From an uncultured Actinomycetota bacterium (GTDB lineage Bacteria; Actinomycetota; Actinomycetes; JAHEKZ01), in contig CAWHIJ010000003.1 of assembly GCA_963829525.1 (NCBI GenBank), positions 1,312,001 to 1,376,000 on the forward strand: a stretch of DNA of 64,000 bases, read 5' to 3'. Positions 19,413-28,478 of this stretch are shown in pieces. Made by a program: the position numbers and the translations under genes. Position 1 is the first letter of the stretch; the number at the start of each line of letters is the position of its first letter. The notes under the pieces are model-generated. The model saw nothing but the letters and a program-made list of their open reading frames with translations. It was not told the DNA's origin and did not search any database.

Positions 19413-20641
19413 CACTGCCCCGCCTTCGTGATGATCATCAGAGGGATCGCGGCGGTACTGGCGACCACGACGAGCACCAAGTATATCGACCCAAGGAAGT
19501 TCGCACCCCGTCTGTTGACTCGATCCCCCATGTAGTCGGGATCGTTGGCTACCACCAGGATGGGGAAGTAGGTCAGGGGCAAGGCAAGGGCCGAGAACAC
19601 CACGGAGTACTCGGTCACTTTGATGGGGTCGACTGTAGTCAGCAGTACTGCCACCCCAAGGATCGTCGAGACTAGCAACACGGCGTGAAACTGGGCCGCC
19701 TGCATCGGACGCACAAACTTCCCCCATTGCCACCCGCAGTACTGCGCGATGCTGTATCCCACTGACAGTCCCGTTTCGCACGCGGCACCGAACGTTGCTG
19801 CGAAGAACCCGATGAGAGCAACTGCAAGGCCCAGCTTTCCAAGCGACACCACTACGGGGAGGGCCACTTGCCCCAGCGTGTCTACTTGCACTCCGAGAGG
19901 GAACAGCACGATGGCGGCACACGCCGCTATCGCCAGAGACAGCATGCCACCCAGTGGAAATCCAACGAACACGTTTGAGCGCATCATCCCGATGCTCTTT
20001 CGTGTCCACCCCTCCTCGACGCCCCCCGACGAGAAGAAGAAGACCTCGTACGGGGTCATCGCGGCACCGAACAGCGCGATCGCGTAGTACCAATAGGTCG
20101 GCCAATCTTCGCCGCCGGGCGGGCTCGGGGTGGTCGTCTGCTCCCAGAGGACATTCCAGTCAGGAGAGAGGTGCCAGACGGCAGCAGCGAAGACAATCAG
20201 AGCTAGACCCAATAGCCCGAAGACGTTCTCGATGGTGCCGAAAGTGACTCGCCACAAGACCAGCCAGACTGCGAAGCCCACGAGCGGTATCCAGAGCAAG
20301 TCGTTGACACTGGTTGCCAGTGCAAGCGCGAGCGCCACGCCACCGATTTCCGCCACGAACGTGAGGAACGTGACTGCTACCGACCCGATGAGATTCGCGA
20401 ACCCCACCCTCGGCCCCAAGCGTTCACGAATAAGGTCAAACGTTGGGCGCTGACTGATCGCTGACACGCGGCCTGACATCTCGGCGAACACGCAGATCCC
20501 AACCACGCCCACGACCACGACCCAAGCGAGGGACATTCCAAAGCGAGATCCCACCGCGGCGTTGGTCACCAGGTCACCGATGTCGACGAAGCCACCAATG
20601 GCAGTGAGCACGCCGAGTGCAACCGCAAACAGCCTGTTCAT
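19412..20641 (-). CDS. Nramp/SLC11-related divalent metal transporter
   Basis: About 11 TM helices; FVDIGD, EMSGR, GAAMTPY, NDPDYMG. Confidence 0.85.
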   Translation of the reverse strand: MNRLFAVALGVLTAIGGFVDIGDLVTNAAVGSRFGMSLAWVVVVGVVGICVFAEMSGRVSAISQRPTFDLIRERLGPRVGFANLIGSVAVTFLTFVAEIGGVALALALATSVNDLLWIPLVGFAVWLVLWRVTFGTIENVFGLLGLALIVFAAAVWHLSPDWNVLWEQTTTPSPPGGEDWPTYWYYAIALFGAAMTPYEVFFFSSGGVEEGWTRKSIGMMRSNVFVGFPLGGMLSLAIAACAAIVLFPLGVQVDTLGQVALPVVVSLGKLGLAVALIGFFAATFGAACETGLSVGYSIAQYCGWQWGKFVRPMQAAQFHAVLLVSTILGVAVLLTTVDPIKVTEYSVVFSALALPLTYFPILVVANDPDYMGDRVNRRGANFLGSIYLVLVVVASTAAIPLMIITKAGQ

Positions 20642-21096
20642 CGCAGCGGCTCTCTCACCGCGTCTGAGCGGACCAACAGGCTCTGAATTCGGGCGAGCGC
20701 GGAACGCATTCCCTGTGCATCATCGCGACGGATGACGATCCTTGCTTGGGATATTGCATCCTCAACCTCGCTCAGAAAACGCATCGTTCGTCTTTGAGCG
20801 CCATCCGTGGAGACGGGCGGCTGTACCGCTCGAAAGGAGGCGGCCACTGAACCGGCCGCCGTCTCAGCCTCGCTGACTATCTCGTCGGCGGTAGTAGCGA
20901 GGACGCGATTCGCGATCGCCAATTCCAGGACCACTCGCGTTGTTTGCAGTTCACTCTCATCCGCGGTAACAGACTGCAATGCCTGTTGTCGGTAGTGATC
21001 GGCATTAAACGCGGGCGAAACGCAGGCCGTGAGGCTCAACAGCAGAACCGCAAAACCTGTGACTGCAGATGCCGCCTTACGCCGGGTCACAGCCAC
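20638..21096 (-). CDS. putative lipoprotein
   Basis: LTAC lipobox after a basic and hydrophobic N-terminus; coupled to the Nramp start. Confidence 0.7.
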   Translation of the reverse strand: MAVTRRKAASAVTGFAVLLLSLTACVSPAFNADHYRQQALQSVTADESELQTTRVVLELAIANRVLATTADEIVSEAETAAGSVAASFRAVQPPVSTDGAQRRTMRFLSEVEDAISQARIVIRRDDAQGMRSALARIQSLLVRSDAVREPLR

Positions 21097-21186
21097 TCAC
21101 GATCTTCGCTGCAGTACTGCGACAAGGCACAGCAGTAGAGTTCCGAAGATCAGCCAGGCGCCCGCAAGCGCCAGACCCTCACTCAC
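21097..21186 (-). CDS. 29-aa single-TM small protein (MSEGLALAGAWLIFGTLLLCLVAVLQRRS)
   Basis: AGGA upstream of GTG; stop codon directly abuts the lipoprotein start. Confidence 0.5.
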   Translation of the reverse strand: MSEGLALAGAWLIFGTLLLCLVAVLQRRS

Positions 21187-21682
21187 GGCCCGTCCTGTTC
21201 CGCGATGGGGCGATCCTCAGTGCTCGTCCACTCGCGAATCGGCTGTCAGCGGGGCGGCAATCCCGATCCGCCAGACGAGGGCCCTGAAGGCATGGAACGG
21301 CCATGCCTGCCTCCTGACTCCAGAGGTAAGTTTCCGCCGTCTGGTCATACCCCGTCAGCGGCAGGACTATGCCCCGATCCGAGGAGGTTTGAGTCTTGGA
21401 GACCTCGCACAGCATGTGGGCACGCAGGACACCTGCAAGACATCAGCATGGGTGCTCCCAACTTGTGTAACTGCCTTCTGCTCCGAGCCCCTCGGTGGGA
21501 GCGATCGGCGTCGAACTCGCTCACGTCTACGCGGGTTCGGAGAGCGAGGTCACGTTCATCGTGAGGGGCTTCCTCCGACGACGGATACACGGTTCTCATG
21601 GACCAGTGGGCCGCGAGTAAACCGCAATTGAGTGGGTAGAGATTGTGAGAACTGCTCGGCATCAGCCCTGAAGGGAGTAGTC

Positions 21683-21955
21683 ATGCCAGGTCGATCTGAG
21701 CCCGGACCTTCGGTTAAGGACAAGGAACTGTACGAAAAGCTGCGCGAGGAGGGGAACAGCACGCAGAAGTCCGCACGCATCGCGAACGCAGCTGCCTCGA
21801 GCTCGCGCACTGCCATAAGCCGAAAGGGAGGCCGGGCTACGCCTTACGACGATTGGGGCAAGAAGGCGCTCCTCAGAAGAGCTCGCGAAGTGGGGATCAA
21901 GGGGCGGTCCACGATGACGAAGGCCGAACTGATCAGTGCACTCCGAAACAGTTAG
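21683..21955 (+). CDS. small stress-type protein with Rho-N-like domain (DUF7218-like)
   Basis: PSVKDKELYEKLREEG..KSARIANA; GIKGRSTMTKAELISALR. Confidence 0.85.
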   Translation: MPGRSEPGPSVKDKELYEKLREEGNSTQKSARIANAAASSSRTAISRKGGRATPYDDWGKKALLRRAREVGIKGRSTMTKAELISALRNS

Positions 21956-22517
21956 CGAGCCCCCGATCTGGCGACCGGACCTGCCGCGTCACGACGGCAG
22001 GAAGAGAGGGACAAGCGGCCCGCTCGGAGCCCAAGAGCAGCGTGAGGATCAGGGACGGCACGCAAAGGTTCGTCACAGCCACGTATGCCGGTAGCGCCAC
22101 CAAGAGCAGTGCGTTGGGCCAGAAGAGCCAACCGGCGTCCACGGCGAGCGCGACGCCAGCGACGAAGAAACACACAGCACCGAGGAGGCAGCCGAACCGA
22201 CGCCCTGCGCGGTTGGGTGGCGGTGACACTCGGCCCTGTCGGACCGTCCACCAGGAGTAGAGCCACTCGACGGGGTGGTACCGGGTGGCAGCGCCAACTG
22301 TGGAGGCGAACGCAAGGGCGAGGTAGAGGCCGGGATCGGCGACGAGGATTGCTAGCGCACCGAAGGCGGCGCACTGCGCCGGGCCAAGGCGGATGGCCCA
22401 ACCGGCTGCAACCGCTTGCTCAAGTCGCGGGCCACGCTGCCCTTGGAGGCGCAGCAAGCGGCGGTTCCTGTCGAAGGTCGGATCGGTGAGGATCAGGCGC
22501 GCATCGTCGGTGTACAC
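21933..22517 (-). CDS. DUF4395-like membrane protein
   Basis: HPVEWLY, RRFGC and TNLCVPS motifs with TM helices. Confidence 0.7.
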   Translation of the reverse strand: MYTDDARLILTDPTFDRNRRLLRLQGQRGPRLEQAVAAGWAIRLGPAQCAAFGALAILVADPGLYLALAFASTVGAATRYHPVEWLYSWWTVRQGRVSPPPNRAGRRFGCLLGAVCFFVAGVALAVDAGWLFWPNALLLVALPAYVAVTNLCVPSLILTLLLGSERAACPSLPAVVTRQVRSPDRGLANCFGVH

Positions 22518-22560
22518 ATCGTTGTCCTTTGCAGGTGGATACGGGTAGTGGCAGCGGTCG

Positions 22561-23301
22561 TCATCGCGCAGGGGCAAAGGCTTCCTGGCTCCACCATTGC
22601 GAGAAAGTCGACTCGCCCACCTGCGCGATGAGATGTGTCGTCTGTGAAGCGTGGGCTCGCAACGCGGCTAATTTGCGTGCTGCCAAGGTGTCGTCGCAGC
22701 GCTGAAGGTGGACCACCGCGGACGTCGGAACCGCGCGTGGTGCTTGAGGTGTCATCCAGACGCCGAGGTCGTCGCAGAGCTCGCCCCACTGGTCGAGAAA
22801 CTGTTCGGTGAGTGCGGCGTGCCACAGCTCGCCGCGTCGTCCCCTGGCGGTCCACGCTTCGGTGACCCAACGTGAGACCGCTCGGTGGTCGGGATGACCG
22901 GTGAGGCCATCCGGACCGAAGGTGACGACCAGATCCGGGTCGACAGATTCCAGCAAGTCCGACACCAGTCGGCGACCGCGAACCACGGGAACGTCAGCCA
23001 AAGTTCCGTCACGCAGATCCTCGGCCAACCAGTGGTGCTCGGTGACCCCAAGTGTGTCGAGACTGGCTGCGAGCTCCGACTCGCGTAGCGGCCCCAGCAC
23101 GTCCGGCGGAAGCAGATCAGGGTCGTCGGTGCCACCTTCACCACGGGTCGCCGTAGCAACGACAACTCGGTGGCCGGCGTGCACCGCAGCTGCCATGAAT
23201 GCCGCAGACAGATACGCCTCGTCGTCCGGGTGAGCCCAGATACCCAGGATCACCCGCGACGCAGCGGCGGGATGGAACATGCGCGAGATCGATGTCGTCA
23301 T
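22561..23301 (-). CDS. PIG-L family deacetylase
   Basis: AHPDDE, ATRGE, GHPDH and HASQ motifs; apparently leaderless. Confidence 0.9.
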   Translation of the reverse strand: MTTSISRMFHPAAASRVILGIWAHPDDEAYLSAAFMAAAVHAGHRVVVATATRGEGGTDDPDLLPPDVLGPLRESELAASLDTLGVTEHHWLAEDLRDGTLADVPVVRGRRLVSDLLESVDPDLVVTFGPDGLTGHPDHRAVSRWVTEAWTARGRRGELWHAALTEQFLDQWGELCDDLGVWMTPQAPRAVPTSAVVHLQRCDDTLAARKLAALRAHASQTTHLIAQVGESTFSQWWSQEAFAPAR

Positions 23302-23308
23302 GGCCAGG

Positions 23309-23399
23309 ACGCTAGATCGGTGTCCTTCCTCGATCCTTCCGCGCGGAAGGCTCCCCCAAATGCACGAGGAAGGTGGCGGGAAGAGGCGCTTCTTAGCGT
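23309..23399. promoter_or_regulatory. divergent activator-dependent promoter pair (GGAA-N7-GGAA-N11-TAGCGT on both strands)
   Basis: TTCC at 23326 and 23337; GGAA at 23368 and 23379; TAGCGT at 23309-14 (-) and 23394-99 (+). Confidence 0.7.
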
Positions 23400-23437
23400 C
23401 GCTCCTGTCAGTCCACGAATCTAGATCGGAGTGCAAG

Positions 23438-23755
23438 ATGGAGCACAACCTGAAGCGCGAGTTGGCGAGCGTCGGCCCTATGGTCACGGCGCACGACCTC
23501 GCGCACGCTATTGCCGACGACGGAATCGGTCCCCACGAGCAGACGCTGCTCTGGATGGCGAAGGGCGCCGCCCGTGAAGGGGTGTCGCCAACCTTGCTCG
23601 CGGCAATGCTGGATCAGACAGCGGCCGAGGTGCTTCGGCAACGTGCCTTCGGTGCCGTGATCAGGGCCATGCAGAATCCTGCCCGCCGATCCGAGGCCGT
23701 CGAGGCGCCACCAGCGGCGCCGCCTCACGGTGAGCAGGAACGCGAGGCTTCGTAA
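23438..23755 (+). CDS. hypothetical protein
   Basis: GGAG RBS, promoter upstream, typical codon usage. Confidence 0.6.
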   Translation: MEHNLKRELASVGPMVTAHDLAHAIADDGIGPHEQTLLWMAKGAAREGVSPTLLAAMLDQTAAEVLRQRAFGAVIRAMQNPARRSEAVEAPPAAPPHGEQEREAS

Positions 23756-23879
23756 GAGGGGGAGGCGCCGGGACGGGACTGCCACGACAAAGTGATTGCA
23801 GCGCGGCTGCCTCCTTGCCATGATCGGGTGGGGACGCGGTGTCACTTTGTGGAACCTACGTCCCTGATCGGAGACCCGG

Positions 23880-26800
23880 GTGAGCAAGTCCGACGTGCGT
23901 ATCACGCTCCTCGGTGATTTCTCTGTGGTCGTCGACGGAGTGACTGTTGACCCAGCCGAGTGGCGTCGGCGCCAAGCAGCGGCCCTGGTCAAGGTACTGG
24001 CGCTGGAGCCAAGACATTCGCTGCACCGCGAGCAGGTCATCGACGCGCTGTGGCCCGACACCGACCTTGAGGCTGCGGCAGCACGGCTCCACAAGGCAGC
24101 CCACTTCGCCCGCCGAGCACTGGGCAATCAGGAATCCGTCGTCCTCGGTGGTGACAGCGTCTCGCTGTTCCCTGGGGTTGAGATCGAGACTGACCTGGCG
24201 CAGTTCGAGATGCTTGCCAAAGACGCAATTGGGGAACGGGACAAGGAACTCGCCGCCGCGGCGGCTGACGCGTATGTGGGTGAGCTCCTCCCGAAGGACC
24301 CGTACGAACCGTGGACGGAGTATCCACGTCAACGGGCTCGGTTGCTGTACCTGGACGTCCTTCGCGTCGCCGAGCGTTGGCGCGAGCTCGCCCTTGCCGA
24401 ACCGGCAGACGAAGAAGCGCACCTGCGGCTGGCTGACTCGCTCGCTGAGGCGGGGGACCCACGCGCTGCGCTGCGTGAGCTCGAGCGCCTCGAACAGGCT
24501 CTGAGCCACGAGCTCGGGGTCGCGCCCAGCGCCGCCGTGTTCGACCTTCGCGAGCAGCTCGTCGCCGCGGCAGAGATGGAGGTCGGCGGATCTCCGGCCG
24601 AGCCCGTTCTGGTTGGCCGCGAGTCGGAGGTTGCCGCAGTAGAGCGTGTGTTGGCTGGAGTCCACCGAGGCGAGGGCCAGACCCTCTTCGTCAGTGGCGA
24701 CGAGGGCTTGGGGGCCTCGACGGTGCTTCGCTGCTTGACCGAACGGGCGTCCCGCGCCGGATTGCGCGTCGGCGTTGGAGTTGCGGCCCGGGTAGCGGGG
24801 GAGTGGCCCTACGCCCCCGTTCTCGAAGCACTGTCAGAGTTGTGCCGCCGAGACCCGTCGCTTCTCGAGGGGTTGACTCCTCAGATGCGGGCCGAGATCG
24901 GTGACGCGCTCGCGGGGCATCGGACGGCCTGGGATGGACAGGGCTCACACCAGCGGCTCTTCGTCGCCGCCGCAGAACTGTTGCGACTGGCGGCTAGCGA
25001 TCGCGGTGCGGTCATTGTGGTCGATCAGGCGGAAGAGGCCGACGAGGCCACTCTCCGACTGCTGCACTACTTGTCTCGAAATACCTTGGGCGCTCGTGCC
25101 CTCATCGCGCTGGGTCATCGACCCGTCGAGGGCGGAGGCCTTGCCGAGTTACGGGCAAACTTGAGCAGTCGCGGCCGGGCTGTGATGCTCGACTTGGCGC
25201 CACTGGGGCGAGATGAGGCCGTTCGACTCGCCTCGACGTTGGCGCCAGACGCGAACGACTCCGTGCTCGAGGCCATCTTCCAGAAGTCAGGAGGTGTGCC
25301 CTTCAGCGTCGTCGAGCTCGCAGGCGCTTGGAATTTAGACCCGGACGTCGCAGACCCAACTGTTCACTTGACCTCAGGACTATCAGCGGCGGCGACACGA
25401 GCCTTCGGCAGGGCCGCCGTGCTCGGAGGGTCATTCGACACCGACGAGCTCTCGACGATGGTCGATGCGCGGGACCCCGAGGTGTTCGGGCTTCTCGATG
25501 AGGCCCTTGCGAACCGGGTAATCCGTCGCACCCGCACCGGCTATGCCTTTCGCCATCCGCTGATCCGCGAGGCGCTCGTTGCCACCATGGGCGAACGTGA
25601 ACTGCGCACGGCTCACCGCGACGCGGCGCGAGCCCTGCAAACTCTGCAGAGATCGCCTGCTCAGATCGGATACCACCTGGTCGAGGCCGGGGACGAGGTC
25701 GACGCCGTTCCGTGGATGTTGGACGCCGCCGAGACAGAGGCGGCTCACGGTGCCTATCGGGACGCACTTGTTGCGCTCGAGAAGATCGAGGTGGCTGCCG
25801 AGGGTGCTCAGCGGGCTCGACTGCTGGAGCTACGGGCCGACCTCTTGCTGGCCTGCGGCGAACTCGCGGTCGTCGACGCGTACCGCGCAGCACTCGCGGC
25901 ATGCGACGTCGAGAGCCGGGCGCGACTGCTGACGCGCTTGGCTCGAGCCGCGACGCTGACCGGTGACCTCGACACCGCCTCCCTCGCCTTGTCCGAGGTC
26001 GACCTCGATGGCAGCGAGAACGACGTCGAGCTGCTCTTGGTACGGGGGAACCTGGCCTTCCTTCAGGCGGACTGGTTGGTCGCTGACGAGGCAGCGGGAG
26101 AGGCCCGATCCCGCCTCACACTCGAGGGAGGAGAGAGATGGCAGCTCTTCGAGCTCGTTGCGCTCCAGGGGTTGCTTGCCCACCGTCGGGGAGAGTGGTT
26201 TCAGCGGCTGCGCACCGAGCTTCGCGCGGGAATGGCGCGCCCCGAGCTGGCGGTAGGCATCTTCGACTCCCACCTTTGCGTCGCTGAGTACCTGCTCTAC
26301 GGCCCCACCCCATACGACGAGGTGCTGGAGCTTGCCGAGCAGCTTCGTACCTCGGCGCAGCAGGCCGGAGTCTTACGAGCTGTCGCCTTCGCGACGGCGT
26401 TACGAGGGGAAGCTGCGCTGCTGAAGGGCGATCTGGACCTGGCCGAGAACGAGCTGCTCGAATCCGGTGACCTCCACCACGACCTGGGCTCATCAGCAGG
26501 GGAGGCGCACTCGCTGCAACGCCTTGCCGAGCTGCAGCTGGTACGTGGAGACCGCGACACCGCCAATGCCCTCCTGTTACGAGCCCTCCCTCTGGCGCGG
26601 TGGTCCCCGATCGGGTTGCACCTGCTGCAGCGCATCTACGGATCGATGATCGCGGCCGCTCCGGACGCTGAGGCTGCCCGCGCCGTCGTCGACCGGGCTG
26701 AGGCGACGCTCGCGACTGAGGACGAGTGCCACTTCTGCACGATCATGCTCGACCTACCCGCGGCGCGGGCGTGCATCGACACCGGCGAGTTGGACCTGGC

Positions 26801-27017
26801 AGCGAAGTACCTGGCCAGCGCCGAGACCTCTGCACAGCTGTGGGAGGGCACGTCCTGGCAGGCGGCGCTGCTTGAGGTGCGCGCACACCTGGCGCGGGCC
26901 GAAGCCCGTACAGGTGAGGCGCGGCAGATGCTCACCGACGCGGCGAACCTCTTCGAGGCTGCAGGACAGCCGCTGGACGCCGCACGCTGCCGGTCGGAGG
27001 TCGACACCGCGGCCTGA
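23880..27017 (+). CDS. SARP/BTAD-domain transcriptional regulator with AAA/STAND and TPR-like domains
   Basis: RITLLGDF..WRRRQAAALVKVLAL winged helix, BTAD, LVGRESE, degenerate P-loop GDEGLGAS, FRHPLIRE. Confidence 0.88.
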   Translation: MSKSDVRITLLGDFSVVVDGVTVDPAEWRRRQAAALVKVLALEPRHSLHREQVIDALWPDTDLEAAAARLHKAAHFARRALGNQESVVLGGDSVSLFPGVEIETDLAQFEMLAKDAIGERDKELAAAAADAYVGELLPKDPYEPWTEYPRQRARLLYLDVLRVAERWRELALAEPADEEAHLRLADSLAEAGDPRAALRELERLEQALSHELGVAPSAAVFDLREQLVAAAEMEVGGSPAEPVLVGRESEVAAVERVLAGVHRGEGQTLFVSGDEGLGASTVLRCLTERASRAGLRVGVGVAARVAGEWPYAPVLEALSELCRRDPSLLEGLTPQMRAEIGDALAGHRTAWDGQGSHQRLFVAAAELLRLAASDRGAVIVVDQAEEADEATLRLLHYLSRNTLGARALIALGHRPVEGGGLAELRANLSSRGRAVMLDLAPLGRDEAVRLASTLAPDANDSVLEAIFQKSGGVPFSVVELAGAWNLDPDVADPTVHLTSGLSAAATRAFGRAAVLGGSFDTDELSTMVDARDPEVFGLLDEALANRVIRRTRTGYAFRHPLIREALVATMGERELRTAHRDAARALQTLQRSPAQIGYHLVEAGDEVDAVPWMLDAAETEAAHGAYRDALVALEKIEVAAEGAQRARLLELRADLLLACGELAVVDAYRAALAACDVESRARLLTRLARAATLTGDLDTASLALSEVDLDGSENDVELLLVRGNLAFLQADWLVADEAAGEARSRLTLEGGERWQLFELVALQGLLAHRRGEWFQRLRTELRAGMARPELAVGIFDSHLCVAEYLLYGPTPYDEVLELAEQLRTSAQQAGVLRAVAFATALRGEAALLKGDLDLAENELLESGDLHHDLGSSAGEAHSLQRLAELQLVRGDRDTANALLLRALPLARWSPIGLHLLQRIYGSMIAAAPDAEAARAVVDRAEATLATEDECHFCTIMLDLPAARACIDTGELDLAAKYLASAETSAQLWEGTSWQAALLEVRAHLARAEARTGEARQMLTDAANLFEAAGQPLDAARCRSEVDTAA

Positions 27018-27044
27018 TTCGCCAAACGAGCGCGCACTTTCCCG

Positions 27045-27239
27045 CTACCGACTCAAGGACGCGAGCGGAGCGGCGGCGGTGCGGAGAGTCGATTGCAGCA
27101 TTGCCGTGCGCATGCGACGACGGGCTCGGCGGCGCGACCGGTGTCGGGCGAAGGCCTCGCGCCGGTGGTGGGCGTAAGGATCGGTCAGAGCCTGGGTTCT
27201 GGTGTGGGTCGTGTGTGCGGTGGCCATTGTGAGGGTCAT
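27045..27239 (-). CDS. small basic Arg-rich protein (64 aa)
   Basis: Strong GGAGAAGGA RBS and upstream conserved promoter motif. Confidence 0.55.
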   Translation of the reverse strand: MTLTMATAHTTHTRTQALTDPYAHHRREAFARHRSRRRARRRMRTAMLQSTLRTAAAPLASLSR

Positions 27240-27286
27240 GGTCCTTCTCCAGTGCGGTGCCGACGGGGTGCCGACGAATGCGCTGA

Positions 27287-27388
27287 ACGCTAAGAGAATG
27301 CGGTTCCCTCAGCCTTCCTCGAGCGTGTGGTCGGCCAGATCGCGCTGTTCCCTCAGGGAAGGCAGAGGGAAGACCACTGGGTCAGGGT
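27287..27388. promoter_or_regulatory. second divergent activator-dependent promoter pair
   Basis: TTCC at 27304 and 27315; GGAA at 27357 and 27368; TAGCGT at 27287-92 (-) and CAGGGT at 27383-88 (+), each 11 nt from the repeats. Confidence 0.7.
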
Positions 27389-27394
27389 GCTCGC

Positions 27395-28120
27395 ATGACC
27401 ACTTCGACTCGCGATGAAGGCCACCGCGTGGCGACGACCGACCCGCGCACCGAGTTCCTCGGTGGCCTGCGAGACATGGCTCCGCTCCTGGTCGGCGTCA
27501 CCCCGTTCGGACTGCTGCTCGGCGTCACTGTTGCAGCCAGTCACGATGCCTTCGGGGCTTGGGCCGGTGCTCTGCCCATCTACGGCGGCAGCGCGCACCT
27601 CGCGGTGCTCGGGTCCCTCGACCACGGCGGCGGACTCTTCGTAGCGGCGGCGGCCGGTGTGCTCGTCAACCTGCGGGTAATCGTCTACAGCAGCGCCCTC
27701 GCTCCGCTGTGGTCGGGGAGCCGATGGTGGATCCGAGCCCTAGCGGCCGCCACCGTCATCGACCCGACCTGGGTCGTGGCCGAGCAGCGAGCCGCGCGCC
27801 CGGGGAATGTGGCGGCACGGCGCGCTCACTATGCCGGTGCAGCCACACTGCTTACGGTCGGATGGCTGGTCTTGGTCACCGCGGGTGCGGTAGGGGGTTC
27901 GATGGCCGGTGGGTCCGCCGTCCTCGGAGCTGCCCTTCCGCTTTGTCTCCTTCAACTCGTGGTTCCTCACCTGGCACGCCGTCCAGGAGCAATCGCCCTT
28001 GCGGTCGCCGTCGCCGTCGTCTTGGGCACCACGACCCTTCCTTCTGGTGTCGGTCTGCTGATCGCCATGGCTGCTGCCGGAGTTGCGGGCGTGGCCGCGG
28101 AGAGGAGGTTGGGGTCATGA
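27395..28120 (+). CDS. AzlC family amino acid exporter permease
   Basis: PLLVGVTPFGLLLG, YGGSAH, LVNLR..YS. Confidence 0.85.
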   Translation: MTTSTRDEGHRVATTDPRTEFLGGLRDMAPLLVGVTPFGLLLGVTVAASHDAFGAWAGALPIYGGSAHLAVLGSLDHGGGLFVAAAAGVLVNLRVIVYSSALAPLWSGSRWWIRALAAATVIDPTWVVAEQRAARPGNVAARRAHYAGAATLLTVGWLVLVTAGAVGGSMAGGSAVLGAALPLCLLQLVVPHLARRPGAIALAVAVAVVLGTTTLPSGVGLLIAMAAAGVAGVAAERRLGS

Positions 28121-28425
28121 CGCTGTGGTTTGCCATCCTTATAGTCGGGGCCGTCAGCTACGCCTGCCGGCTGGTCCCCTGGCTCGTGCTGGACCGGGTC
28201 GCGGTCGGACCGTCAGCGGAGGCCGGCCTGCGCTACGCCGGGGCCGGCGCCATCACGGCTTTGCTGGTCGGTGCTCTCCTGCATCCCCAGACTGGAGAGG
28301 GTTCGATCCCGCCCCTGCTGTTGGCACTCGTGGTGTCCGGACTGTTGTTGTGGCGTGGCTGCCAGGAGTTTCTTGCCATCGGGGTCGGGATGAGTCTCTT
28401 CTTGGTGCTCCACCTTGCCTGGTAG
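28117..28425 (+). CDS. AzlD family protein
   Basis: ATGA overlap with azlC; WFAILIVGAVSYACR. Confidence 0.8.
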   Translation: MTLWFAILIVGAVSYACRLVPWLVLDRVAVGPSAEAGLRYAGAGAITALLVGALLHPQTGEGSIPPLLLALVVSGLLLWRGCQEFLAIGVGMSLFLVLHLAW

Positions 28426-28478
28426 CGCAGGCGCCTCTTGGATAAGATCCACAATCATTGGTCGGAATGGGGGTACTC

